DNA of 42,839 bases from a virus, in IMG/VR virus record IMGVR_UViG_3300020815_000001; one strand, 5' to 3'. Positions within the stretch are counted from its first letter, which is position 1; each line of letters opens with the position of its first letter. The notes below the pieces were generated by a model that worked only from the letters and a program-made list of their open reading frames with translations, was not told the DNA's origin and did no database searches. A program made the position numbers and the translations under genes. Of the stretch, positions 17,925-25,418 are shown piece after piece.

Positions 17925-18694
17925 TCTATTACTGCCCTTGATGTGCAACCGCAGTTAATTTCTTCGCCGGGCAAAACCCACTTTCCGTCGAGATACATTC
18001 CTTTATCAACTTCGAACTCCTTCCCATTGGCCTCAACGTGGGATTTCCTCGGCTCTTTTGCCGCCGCAGAGTGTCGCCATATTGCTTTTTTAATTCCAAG
18101 CTCTTGGCGTCTCGCTTGCTCAATAGCAGCATGGGCCTTGTTTGCTTGGTCCCGAGCAATTAACTTGCAACGATTTCTGCCGATATGATATGCGTGCTCC
18201 AAGTTGTCGGTCAACGTCTTGAGGTCAAAGCCGCCCTCTACCGCCTCCCAAACATATTTAGACACATCACCGAGGTATTCGACCGGTATCGACTTTATAA
18301 GCCCGACATTCATACCCACAGACGCCCGCACAGCCTTTCGCGTGTATTCAGTCATCTGCAGGTTAACGGTAAAGCCTGATTTCTTTAGAGCTGCGCTAAG
18401 CCTTCGATCATAGGCGCCAGCAGTCTGCCCAACAAACTTCCTTGCCATTTTTTTCGGAATTTCATTCAGAGCACCAAGCCAGCGGCCAAGGATAGAATCG
18501 ATAACCCGGGCTAGGATGTCGGTCGCGTTATCCATCGCAACCGGCTGGGGCCTTTCCCAATATTGGCCGACAGCCTCCATAACTTCGTTGCGATAGGTTC
18601 GCAGAAGCCGGTTAAGTTCGGCGCGATACGCGGCCCGAATCCCGGCGTTTGGCCGGAAGTCGGGGAGTACAGTTCGCTTACGACTGGCTTTCAT
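17918..18694 (-). CDS. Head morphogenesis protein (Mu F / SPP1 gp7 family)
   Basis: The C-terminal motif ...IWRHSAAAKEPRKSHVEANGKEF...INCGC is typical of the Mu F domain. It lies after the portal gene. Confidence 0.7.
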   Translation of the reverse strand: MKASRKRTVLPDFRPNAGIRAAYRAELNRLLRTYRNEVMEAVGQYWERPQPVAMDNATDILARVIDSILGRWLGALNEIPKKMARKFVGQTAGAYDRRLSAALKKSGFTVNLQMTEYTRKAVRASVGMNVGLIKSIPVEYLGDVSKYVWEAVEGGFDLKTLTDNLEHAYHIGRNRCKLIARDQANKAHAAIEQARRQELGIKKAIWRHSAAAKEPRKSHVEANGKEFEVDKGMYLDGKWVLPGEEINCGCTSRAVIEW

Positions 18695-18869
18695 TTGCAG
18701 TCAGAACTTCTGAATAAAAGTCTTCGCTTTCAAACTGAGAGTTTCTATCTGAGAACCATACCACCATCACAGTAACTCGCCCCTTTTCGTCAGAGCCAGC
18801 CCCGCATACCGTCATGCTTGGGCTGCCAGACTTCAGCACAACAACATCGCCAACTTTAAAATAGCTCAT
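18678..18869 (-). CDS. DUF2158-like small protein
   Basis: The FKVGDVVVLKSGSPSMTV motif. 63 aa, between the portal and Mu F-like genes. Confidence 0.5.
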   Translation of the reverse strand: MSYFKVGDVVVLKSGSPSMTVCGAGSDEKGRVTVMVVWFSDRNSQFESEDFYSEVLTANESQS

Positions 18870-18892
18870 TTTGTAAATCCCTTGGGGTTTAA

Positions 18893-20488
18893 TTATTCGA
18901 CAGTATAGGCGGTATCAAGCGAATCATCATAAATTGCCTGCCCATCAGGAGTGTCATCAACATCAATTCCGTTGAACGGGCTTTGCTCATCACCGGAAAG
19001 TGCCTTCCGGGCTTCTTGAGGCGATACGATAGCACCGGATACCAATTGAAAGGCGTTACGCCCCTTGATCTCCTGAACCTCTGCAAGCTCTTTTTCGTTT
19101 AGCTGATACAGCGGGTTGAAATGCCAGACGATAGCTGGGTCAATTTCACCGAACATGCTCAACTGGAAAAGGTCAGATATGCCCTTGATGATCGGTCGTA
19201 TATGCGCCTCATTCTGAGCCATGATGTAATCATAATAGACGCGGATCTCTCCGTCGCTATTCGCATTAAGCCCTGAAGGAGTTATGCCCAAGAGCTTAAC
19301 CATCGGCGTATGGCTTGGCCCGGCCATCTGCTCTTGGCTCTTTGTCAGAAGCTCAGGAAGGCTGGTGAGAGGGGTATTAACCTGGCCGATTTCCTCGCTT
19401 TCCTTGTCGAGCATCATCATGCCCGTGTTGTCGCGGTATCGGTTGAATATGCCGGCGCGCAGCCAGAGCCCAGCATCGCTACCGCCATCGGACAGCACCG
19501 AGCTCATGTCGGTTGATAGCGTGGTGAGGCTGAAGGAGTGAACCACCTGAGAAACGCTGTCCGCTGTCCTCTGATAGCGCTCAACATATGGCTTCATCAA
19601 CTGATAGATCGAAATCCCGCCAAAGTTATAGGCGGGCTTCAGAATGTCAGGCACCGGGCGCATTATCAGCGTCAACAGACGGTCGGCGTGCACTTCTTTG
19701 CCCAGCACAAACCACTTGGTAGGTACGTAGAAGTCATCGTCGGTTGGGTCGTTTGCGTTGTAAACGCTCGGCGTGGACCACATGGGCTCAATCAATTTGA
19801 AGCCCTTGAGCGCGCCAACCTTTACGCCGATCTTGTCCGTAACGAACGGCAGAGATTCGTCTGAGTGGTCGAGCTTAATGTAAATCTGAGCGCGCCCCAT
19901 GCTCATCTCAACCTCGACTGCGCGCCGTATCAGGCTGCGGATTCCGTGCGACTCAAACGCATTCGTGAGGCTGTTGATTTTTTCCTGGCGAATAGTCGCG
20001 ACCTTCTCTCGCTCAACCTTAAGCGCCTCAATCTCAACGCTGGAAAGGTTTGAGCCGGCGCCCGTGTCGGGATCATCAATTTTGAAAGATCCCCATTCCC
20101 TGGTCATCTCCGTCGCAGTCGTCTCGGCCGCGGACCGATAGTCACTGGATTGACCCATGGCCGCCAAGACCGGGTAGCCGAGGAATGAACCGTAAAAGCT
20201 TGGGATGCCTTCGGACGCGTAGTCGTATATTGACTGGCAGCTATCCATAGCCACGACAGGGGAAACGTTTTCCGGGACCACGGACTTCATTAGCACCGGG
20301 GCTTGAAGCTTAAGCGGGGCGCTTCCAGCGGCCTCCCTAGATTGCTCTTCCTGCATCATGCGAATGATTGTCCGCTGCTGCTTAAGCTTGCGGTCTTCAA
20401 TTTCGGCCTGTTTCTCGGCCAATGTCAGCTCGCGCTCTTTGCGCTCCGCCTCTTGCTTGCGACGTTTACGGCCGAGTAGGTCGATCAT
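18893..20488 (-). CDS. Portal protein (DUF1073-type)
   Basis: 531 aa immediately after TerL, sharing 1 nt with its stop (TAATG). Confidence 0.75.
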   Translation of the reverse strand: MIDLLGRKRRKQEAERKERELTLAEKQAEIEDRKLKQQRTIIRMMQEEQSREAAGSAPLKLQAPVLMKSVVPENVSPVVAMDSCQSIYDYASEGIPSFYGSFLGYPVLAAMGQSSDYRSAAETTATEMTREWGSFKIDDPDTGAGSNLSSVEIEALKVEREKVATIRQEKINSLTNAFESHGIRSLIRRAVEVEMSMGRAQIYIKLDHSDESLPFVTDKIGVKVGALKGFKLIEPMWSTPSVYNANDPTDDDFYVPTKWFVLGKEVHADRLLTLIMRPVPDILKPAYNFGGISIYQLMKPYVERYQRTADSVSQVVHSFSLTTLSTDMSSVLSDGGSDAGLWLRAGIFNRYRDNTGMMMLDKESEEIGQVNTPLTSLPELLTKSQEQMAGPSHTPMVKLLGITPSGLNANSDGEIRVYYDYIMAQNEAHIRPIIKGISDLFQLSMFGEIDPAIVWHFNPLYQLNEKELAEVQEIKGRNAFQLVSGAIVSPQEARKALSGDEQSPFNGIDVDDTPDGQAIYDDSLDTAYTVE

Positions 20489-21900
20489 TAACGCAGGTTC
20501 TCCGGGTTGATGTTTAGGCCTCGACGGATCGGGGCATAGGCCATGATGAATGCATCACCCAGGTTGGGGGATGCAACTTCGCGCTTCTTCATGTCTTTTT
20601 TCGATTCTACCTTGACGCGCCCGTTATTGTCGAAATCGCGCAGCGGAGTGCACAACTCCATTTTCAGCTTAGGCAAATGCTTTATGTTGCCGTCGATACT
20701 TATCAGGTCCTCAATCTTGAACTTCGGCGGCGGCGTTCCGTTCTTTATTGAATCAATAACCATGTGGGTAAGTAAGAACCGATCAGCAACGTCCCACCAC
20801 ATTTGCGCCTTGATATTGGCGAAAAAGTCTTTGTTCTTAATCTTGGTCTGCCCGTAGTAGGCGTCAGGGCGAAGAACCTTACCGCCTGCGTTAAAACCAT
20901 CGTGCGTGACCTTGCTATTCGGGTGGTCTTTGTTCAGGACGTTAAAGTTTGACCCGCACCCGGCACCTACGCCAATGCTGTCATAGATCAAGTGTGCGCC
21001 AGAAAGCTGCGCCTCGTGGTAGGCCCGTGTACAGGATTTAAACAGCTCATCTTCTCTGCCGTGCCATTCGTCAGCACTCCGCGCCACGGAACCCTTGCGT
21101 AAAATCGTGGCGCACAAGTCGGCGCCATCGTCGGCAACGTCAAAGCCAAGACTTGCCCGGCCGCTTTCCAGCTCGGTTATTAGCAGGTGCGCATCAATAG
21201 CCGACTCGACCCACGCCGATTTGATTACGGAGGTGTCATCGTCAAGCAGGTAGGCTCCTTCCCATATGTGGTTGTAAAGGTTGGCCGGCATGTTCGCCTT
21301 GTCGTGCTGGCGCTGCTCTTCAAGCTCCTTGCTGAACCATGGGTTATCAGAGTGGTTTACGGTGGCCAGCACTGTGCGCGGTGGCGGTGTACCGTCGAAG
21401 TTTTCAGCTACCCAGCTATTTGGGCGCTTGGGGTTCCAGATAACCCAAACCTCTGACTTGGAAGCCCGGATAGTTGGAAGCAGGTCAACCCAGCTTGAGT
21501 GTGGGACCGTCTCGGCTTCCTCAACAATCAGAAGGTCAATCTGAGCCATCGACTTAACCGCGGTGATGTTGTGCCGCAGCCCCTTAAAAATGAACTCCGT
21601 CCCGTTGGTCTTGTGCCGAATGTAGTCAACCCCGACATCGTATTGAGTCACCAGCCACGCGCACGACTCAATGGCGTTCTTCAGCTCGGCGTGGAAGGAC
21701 TCCTTGATTGAGTTCTGTAACTCCCGCGTGCACAAGATCCGAAGGGTCTCAACCGCGCCCCATATGCCAGCCATCTTCGCCGCGGTAAATGACTTGCCAG
21801 AACCTCGGCCGCCGCGCATGGCTCGGTAACGCACCGAACCCCGCGCAGGGGCAAAGACAGGAATCAGCTTCTCTGGCATCTCAATGCGAAGCGTGCTCAA
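20488..21900 (-). CDS. terL: Terminase large subunit
   Basis: Walker A GGRGSGKS near the N-terminus, about 470 aa, followed by the portal. TTG start overlaps the TerS stop (TTGA); an alternative ATG lies at 21879. Confidence 0.85.
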   Translation of the reverse strand: MSTLRIEMPEKLIPVFAPARGSVRYRAMRGGRGSGKSFTAAKMAGIWGAVETLRILCTRELQNSIKESFHAELKNAIESCAWLVTQYDVGVDYIRHKTNGTEFIFKGLRHNITAVKSMAQIDLLIVEEAETVPHSSWVDLLPTIRASKSEVWVIWNPKRPNSWVAENFDGTPPPRTVLATVNHSDNPWFSKELEEQRQHDKANMPANLYNHIWEGAYLLDDDTSVIKSAWVESAIDAHLLITELESGRASLGFDVADDGADLCATILRKGSVARSADEWHGREDELFKSCTRAYHEAQLSGAHLIYDSIGVGAGCGSNFNVLNKDHPNSKVTHDGFNAGGKVLRPDAYYGQTKIKNKDFFANIKAQMWWDVADRFLLTHMVIDSIKNGTPPPKFKIEDLISIDGNIKHLPKLKMELCTPLRDFDNNGRVKVESKKDMKKREVASPNLGDAFIMAYAPIRRGLNINPENLR

Positions 21901-22556
21901 TCCTCCGTCTCTTCACGCTTGAACATGGAAGGCGCGACGATCTCAATTCGTGTCGGCCCGCTGCTTAGGCTTCCATCGCTGTTAGTGTGGTCAACCTTCA
22001 TGTCGGAAGTGATGCCAAGCGCGTCCCGCTCCAGGGTGATGAGCGTCTTCATTGTCTCGGCCAGTTCTTTCATGGTCTTGGTTCTGGCGGGCAGGTCGAT
22101 AACCTTTTGATACAGGTCGTTGCGTCGGTCCTGGCCCTTGTCGTCTTCGGACCTCAGAAGCTCGCCAAGCTCCGCGAATAGATCGCGGTTATCGGTCATC
22201 CCCTCAAGCTCATCCAGCAGCTTGTTGGTGAGGTTGCGGCCCCGTGCAATATCTTTTCTATGGCTGAGCCGAACCTCAGCGATGGATTGCGCGTTTGCCT
22301 CAATGACGGCCCGATCTGTAACAGCGCGCTTTTCTGTTACATCGGGTGTTACAACCTGCCTTGTTACAATGTCTTCAGCCCGCGCTTTGATCTTTGCGGA
22401 CAGGTCTTGAACCCATCCGTATTTCTTCGCCCGCCTGGCGATGGCTACGTGATTTGCCCCCGGGCAAGCGAGTGCGATCTCTCGCAAGGAAAGAAGGCCG
22501 GCCCGGTAGTGCTGCTCGATCCTCTCCCAGTCTGGACCTTTGGTCTCAACCGTCAT
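21897..22556 (-). CDS. terS: Terminase small subunit
   Basis: N-terminal HTH-like WERIEQHYRAGLLSLREIA...IARRAKKYGW followed by a helical oligomerisation region. It lies directly upstream of TerL. Confidence 0.7.
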   Translation of the reverse strand: MTVETKGPDWERIEQHYRAGLLSLREIALACPGANHVAIARRAKKYGWVQDLSAKIKARAEDIVTRQVVTPDVTEKRAVTDRAVIEANAQSIAEVRLSHRKDIARGRNLTNKLLDELEGMTDNRDLFAELGELLRSEDDKGQDRRNDLYQKVIDLPARTKTMKELAETMKTLITLERDALGITSDMKVDHTNSDGSLSSGPTRIEIVAPSMFKREETED

Positions 22557-22568
22557 AAGTGATATTCC

Positions 22569-22916
22569 TTAACTCTTAGGCTTCAGGCCTTCCAGGCAGC
22601 GCTGGTAGATCCATTGGGAGAACTCCTTTACTGGCACTGGTCCTGAGCTGTGATTGGCAAACTGCGCGGCCATGGTGGCCGTCTCATTCAGGTAGGCGCC
22701 CATCTGCTTATTGGAAAGGTTGTTGGTTTCCCTGTAAATGACTTCTAGGGGCATCCCAACGTTGACGCGCTCCATGATGCTTGCGGACATAACGCCAGCA
22801 ACGAAGCAAAACTTCTCGGGCGCGTGGTTGAGATCGGTGGGAATTCCCGTGGACGCCAAAGCAGGCTGACAGGAAACGGAAACGAGCATTGCGGTTATTG
22901 CAAAAAGCCTTTTCAT
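22569..22916 (-). CDS. Secreted/periplasmic small protein (first gene of the late operon)
   Basis: Signal peptide MKRLFAITAMLVSVSCQPALA|ST, 115 aa, 12 nt upstream of terS. Confidence 0.6.
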   Translation of the reverse strand: MKRLFAITAMLVSVSCQPALASTGIPTDLNHAPEKFCFVAGVMSASIMERVNVGMPLEVIYRETNNLSNKQMGAYLNETATMAAQFANHSSGPVPVKEFSQWIYQRCLEGLKPKS

Positions 22917-22966
22917 GTCCTTACCCCCGGCCTGGTCTATTAGGCGTCCAGTTTAAACCCTCACGC

Positions 22967-22998
22967 ATAAAAAAGCCCCAGCGTTTTAAACTGAGGCT
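22967..22998 (-). terminator. Intrinsic terminator downstream of the tRNA block
   Basis: Minus-sense AGCCUCAG-uuuaaaacg-CUGGGGCU followed by UUUUUUA. The G.U pair exists only in the minus-sense transcript; it is C.A on the plus strand. Confidence 0.7.
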
Positions 22999-23077
22999 TA
23001 GTCCGAACTCTTAGCTGTCGGCGCTGTTACCCGCACTTCCCGGGCCGGACATGGTTTTATACGCCCCATGCAGAGTT

Positions 23078-23136
23078 TGGCTTAGGCGGGGGGCAGATCA
23101 ATTCCCCTCTTGGATATTACGCTGCCGCAACCTAAG
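23078..23136 (-). other. tRNA-like minihelix or degenerate tRNA remnant ending in CCA
   Basis: Minus-sense CUUAGGU...GCCUAAG-CCA (7-bp acceptor-like stem including one G.U) encloses 42 nt with a GGGG/CCCC arm. It starts 2 nt after the tRNA-Gly 3' end. It is too short and lacks a canonical T-loop. Confidence 0.3.
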
Positions 23137-23138
23137 TT

Positions 23139-23212
23139 TGGAGCAGGCAGGGAGAATCGAACTCCGCTGTGCTAAGCATGGAAGGCTTGCCGCGCACCTT
23201 GCGCTTACCTGC
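23139..23212 (-). tRNA. tRNA-Gly(UCC)-like, 74 nt with encoded CCA and a compact D-arm
   Basis: Acceptor GCAGGUA/UGCCUGC, discriminator U, CCA. Anticodon loop CUUCCAU and T-loop UUCGAUU. The 3' end resembles E. coli tRNA-Gly(UCC). The D-loop is only about 5 nt, with C.A and C.C mismatches at the stem ends. Confidence 0.7.
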
Positions 23213-23217
23213 GTAAC

Positions 23218-23301
23218 TGGTGCCACCTGATGGAATCGAACCACATAGCCTCGGCAGCGGATTTACAGTCCGCCGTGCGTCCCAGCGCACTATCAGTTGG
23301 C
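23218..23301 (-). tRNA. tRNA-Tyr(GUA), 84 nt, class II-like with encoded CCA and an atypical D-arm
   Basis: Acceptor GCCAACU/AGGUGGC (one A.G mismatch), A73, CCA. Anticodon arm GCGGA-CUGUAAA-UCCGC, an 11-nt variable region and T-loop UUCGAUU. The D region is a 5-bp GUGCG/CGCAC stem preceded by 4 nt. Confidence 0.75.
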
Positions 23302-23308
23302 AAAAACT

Positions 23309-23384
23309 TGGTAGGCCCGTAGGGGCTTGAACCCTCTTCCACCGGTTATGAGCCGGTCGCATCAACCATTAATGCTTCGGGCCT
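23309..23384 (-). tRNA. tRNA with CAU anticodon (elongator Met or lysidine-dependent Ile2), 76 nt with encoded CCA
   Basis: Perfect acceptor AGGCCCG/CGGGCCU (A1:U72), D-arm GCAU-uaaugguug-AUGC, anticodon arm ACCGG-CUCAUAA-CCGGU and T-loop UUCAAGC. Confidence 0.85.
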
Positions 23385-23848
23385 AGTTGATGCAGATGGC
23401 CGGTGCTGATCTCCGGCATATCGGGCTGCCTCTTTCGTCACCCGAAAATCTCATTTTATCGCATCAGCCTGCGCATTCATCTGCATCGGTAAATCAATCG
23501 GTCGAATCAGGTTAATTCGTGGTTCCCCTGATGCTGCCTTGCTTAACCGCCCTATCCAAAGCCACGAGTCTGGAATTAGGTGTACCGCGTCGGCCCGATT
23601 GATTTCCGATAAAGACGATTCCAACACCCGAGGATTCCTCGGCAGTTCCGCATGTGCGGGATGGCGGCGGACTCTGGTCTAGCAGAAATACTCATGCCGC
23701 GTCTTTGGCGCTGGTTGTTCGCGTAGTCCGCATGACGTTTGATTTCCTTATGAATCTCTTCGCGGGATATCGGTACTCGGCCTACACGCAAACAATATCA
23801 CAACCTATCGTATTGTCCGGCGCTCTCCTTCACTCCCGGGAAGATCAT
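23385..23848 (-). ncRNA. Candidate large structured non-coding RNA / structured tRNA-operon leader (no family recognised)
   Basis: 464 nt without a convincing ORF, co-oriented with the flanking genes. Two adjacent perfect long-range helices (10 bp, 23389-98/23478-87; 11 bp, 23491-501/23595-605) plus several local hairpins. Confidence 0.4.
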
Positions 23849-24049
23849 CTATCCCTGCTCAACCCCAATGATCCGCCGGACAGTTGCAGTCTCTTTAAGG
23901 TCAGTCAGGATTGATTGCGCGTGCTCGTCACTGACTGCGTGAAGGTAGGCGCTGAATGTTCCGTCTGCGGTCTTGAAGTCTACTGCGTAAAGACTCCATG
24001 CCACTCCATCGACTACCGCGCTAAGGCTTAGGGTTAGAACCTGGCTCAT
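23849..24049 (-). CDS. Hypothetical early protein (66 aa)
   Basis: The internal ATG 24049 forms an ATGA overlap with the upstream stop. It is the last gene of the early operon. Confidence 0.5.
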   Translation of the reverse strand: MSQVLTLSLSAVVDGVAWSLYAVDFKTADGTFSAYLHAVSDEHAQSILTDLKETATVRRIIGVEQG

Positions 24050-24387
24050 GGCTTCGCCTCGTTCAATGCCTGAGCAAGCGCATGGCATTGGCCAGAAGTA
24101 AGCACGGTGTAGCAGCGAGAGGCCTCTACCGCTTCCATGATCGACTTCATGGTGTGAGTCACCGCTACCGGCGCGGGCTGCTCTTTGAATAGCAACTCCA
24201 TTTCATAGCAGGCAGGATCATTTCGGAGAGGGTCTGTCACTGCTCGCCCATATTCAATCGAACCCGGCTCCCATTCAGACCATGCGGTGAAGTGGTCTTT
24301 CCCATCTACAGCGACACTCGCCTGCGTGAGTATGTTGCGACTCCTGGTCAAGCACGCCACCGGCTCTTGTTTTTTCATGTCGGTCAT
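24046..24387 (-). CDS. Hypothetical early protein (113 aa)
   Basis: ORF in the operon context, starting 1 nt after the upstream stop. Confidence 0.5.
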   Translation of the reverse strand: MTDMKKQEPVACLTRSRNILTQASVAVDGKDHFTAWSEWEPGSIEYGRAVTDPLRNDPACYEMELLFKEQPAPVAVTHTMKSIMEAVEASRCYTVLTSGQCHALAQALNEAKP

Positions 24388-24388
24388 T

Positions 24389-25159
24389 TCAAACCTCTAT
24401 CGTTATTCTGTAGTTGATCGCGTCTTCTAGAATAAGCCTTGCTCTAGCCAGTAGAGCGCGGCCGACCTTGTCGCTTGGGTCTTTTCCTGACTTGTAATCA
24501 ATCGCCGCCTCCTGAATCACTAACGTCTTCTCGCGCTGCCATGCGCGATGGGCTTCAGCTGGGCCGTCGAAGTGCCCAAGGTGTTTTAGCCGGCCATTAG
24601 AGTTGCAATAGGCGCGATACTTGCCGCGCTTCTCCATGAATGAGACACCAAGAGGAAGATCGCCGCGCGAAGCCCTGCATGACGTAAATAGCGAGTTGAT
24701 TCGACGAGGAACGAAGCAGCAATGTTCTGGCGAATAAACCTTGTTCCCAAGGCTAATAATGTCCTTGTCAATCTCAAAGAACATGCCGAACGAATCTTTA
24801 TCGCTATATCCTTGCTGCTGATTGCACCATTCCGCGAATTCCTGAAATCCAGAGAAGCCATTCGTAACGCCGATGTAGGACGGCCCGTACATCTGGTATT
24901 TCCCGCCCGGAAGGCAGCGCGCATTGATCTTGTTCCAGAGGCCTGATGCTCGACTGTGATGCGTTATGGTTTTCCCTGGCTGGCGCTCCTTCCAGGTCTT
25001 CATCCATAGCCCTGATTCCGACTTTCGATCTGGCTGACCATGGATATTCAGCCTTTTCAGATCAGCATAAAGAATTTTGCCTGCCTCCCGCTCAACGCTC
25101 AACATCGGTTTATTGGTCATGGCTGCGCCCCGGCTTAGATCTAAAGGCAAGCCACACAT
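24389..25159 (-). CDS. AP2-domain protein with a degenerate HNH-like module (homing-endonuclease-like)
   Basis: C-terminal LPLGVSFMEKRGKYRAYCNSNGRLKHLGHFDGPAEAHRAW is AP2-like. The central EIDKDI..YSPEHCCFVPRRIN resembles the HNH_3 layout, but the His residues are replaced. SD AAGGGGGG precedes ATG 25159; an alternative ATG lies at 25120. Confidence 0.55.
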   Translation of the reverse strand: MCGLPLDLSRGAAMTNKPMLSVEREAGKILYADLKRLNIHGQPDRKSESGLWMKTWKERQPGKTITHHSRASGLWNKINARCLPGGKYQMYGPSYIGVTNGFSGFQEFAEWCNQQQGYSDKDSFGMFFEIDKDIISLGNKVYSPEHCCFVPRRINSLFTSCRASRGDLPLGVSFMEKRGKYRAYCNSNGRLKHLGHFDGPAEAHRAWQREKTLVIQEAAIDYKSGKDPSDKVGRALLARARLILEDAINYRITIEV

Positions 25160-25418
25160 AGTGCCCCCCTTTCGCTGTAAGTTTTGTTTTTCCTTTCTGT
25201 CTATTCCATGTGATTAACTGAAGCTCCTCAAGGATGCAGGTTATCGTGTGCCCTTGGTGCCATCCCGCCAAAACCGTGATACAGCCTTGAGAGAGTAAGC
25301 CCCTGAAGTCAGAGTGACCAAAGTTAGTATTTGAAAAAGATGCGAGCATATCCTGCTCAGTCACCAGGTCCGTGCAATCCTTTATCGCCACGTTCATGCG
25401 GTAATCTTTCGGCTTCAC
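25110..25418 (-). CDS. Hypothetical early protein
   Basis: 102 aa. GTG start with a GTGA overlap with the upstream stop; an alternative ATG lies at 25397. Confidence 0.45.
   Translation of the reverse strand: MKPKDYRMNVAIKDCTDLVTEQDMLASFSNTNFGHSDFRGLLSQGCITVLAGWHQGHTITCILEELQLITWNRQKGKTKLTAKGGHYVWLAFRSKPGRSHDQ

Noticed and set aside
23132-23365. 77-aa minus-strand ORF
   Set aside because: It is completely explained by the three tRNA genes it overlaps.
23139-23384. tRNA genes as an attP/integration site
   Set aside because: No integrase or excisionase is encoded anywhere in the genome. The tRNAs are complete genes with their own CCA ends rather than 3' fragments.
23576-23791. 71-aa Arg-rich ORF inside the non-coding block
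   Set aside because: It has a TTG start, no SD and no coupling to neighbours, and its composition looks like random GC-rich translation. It is kept only as the main alternative hypothesis to the ncRNA call.
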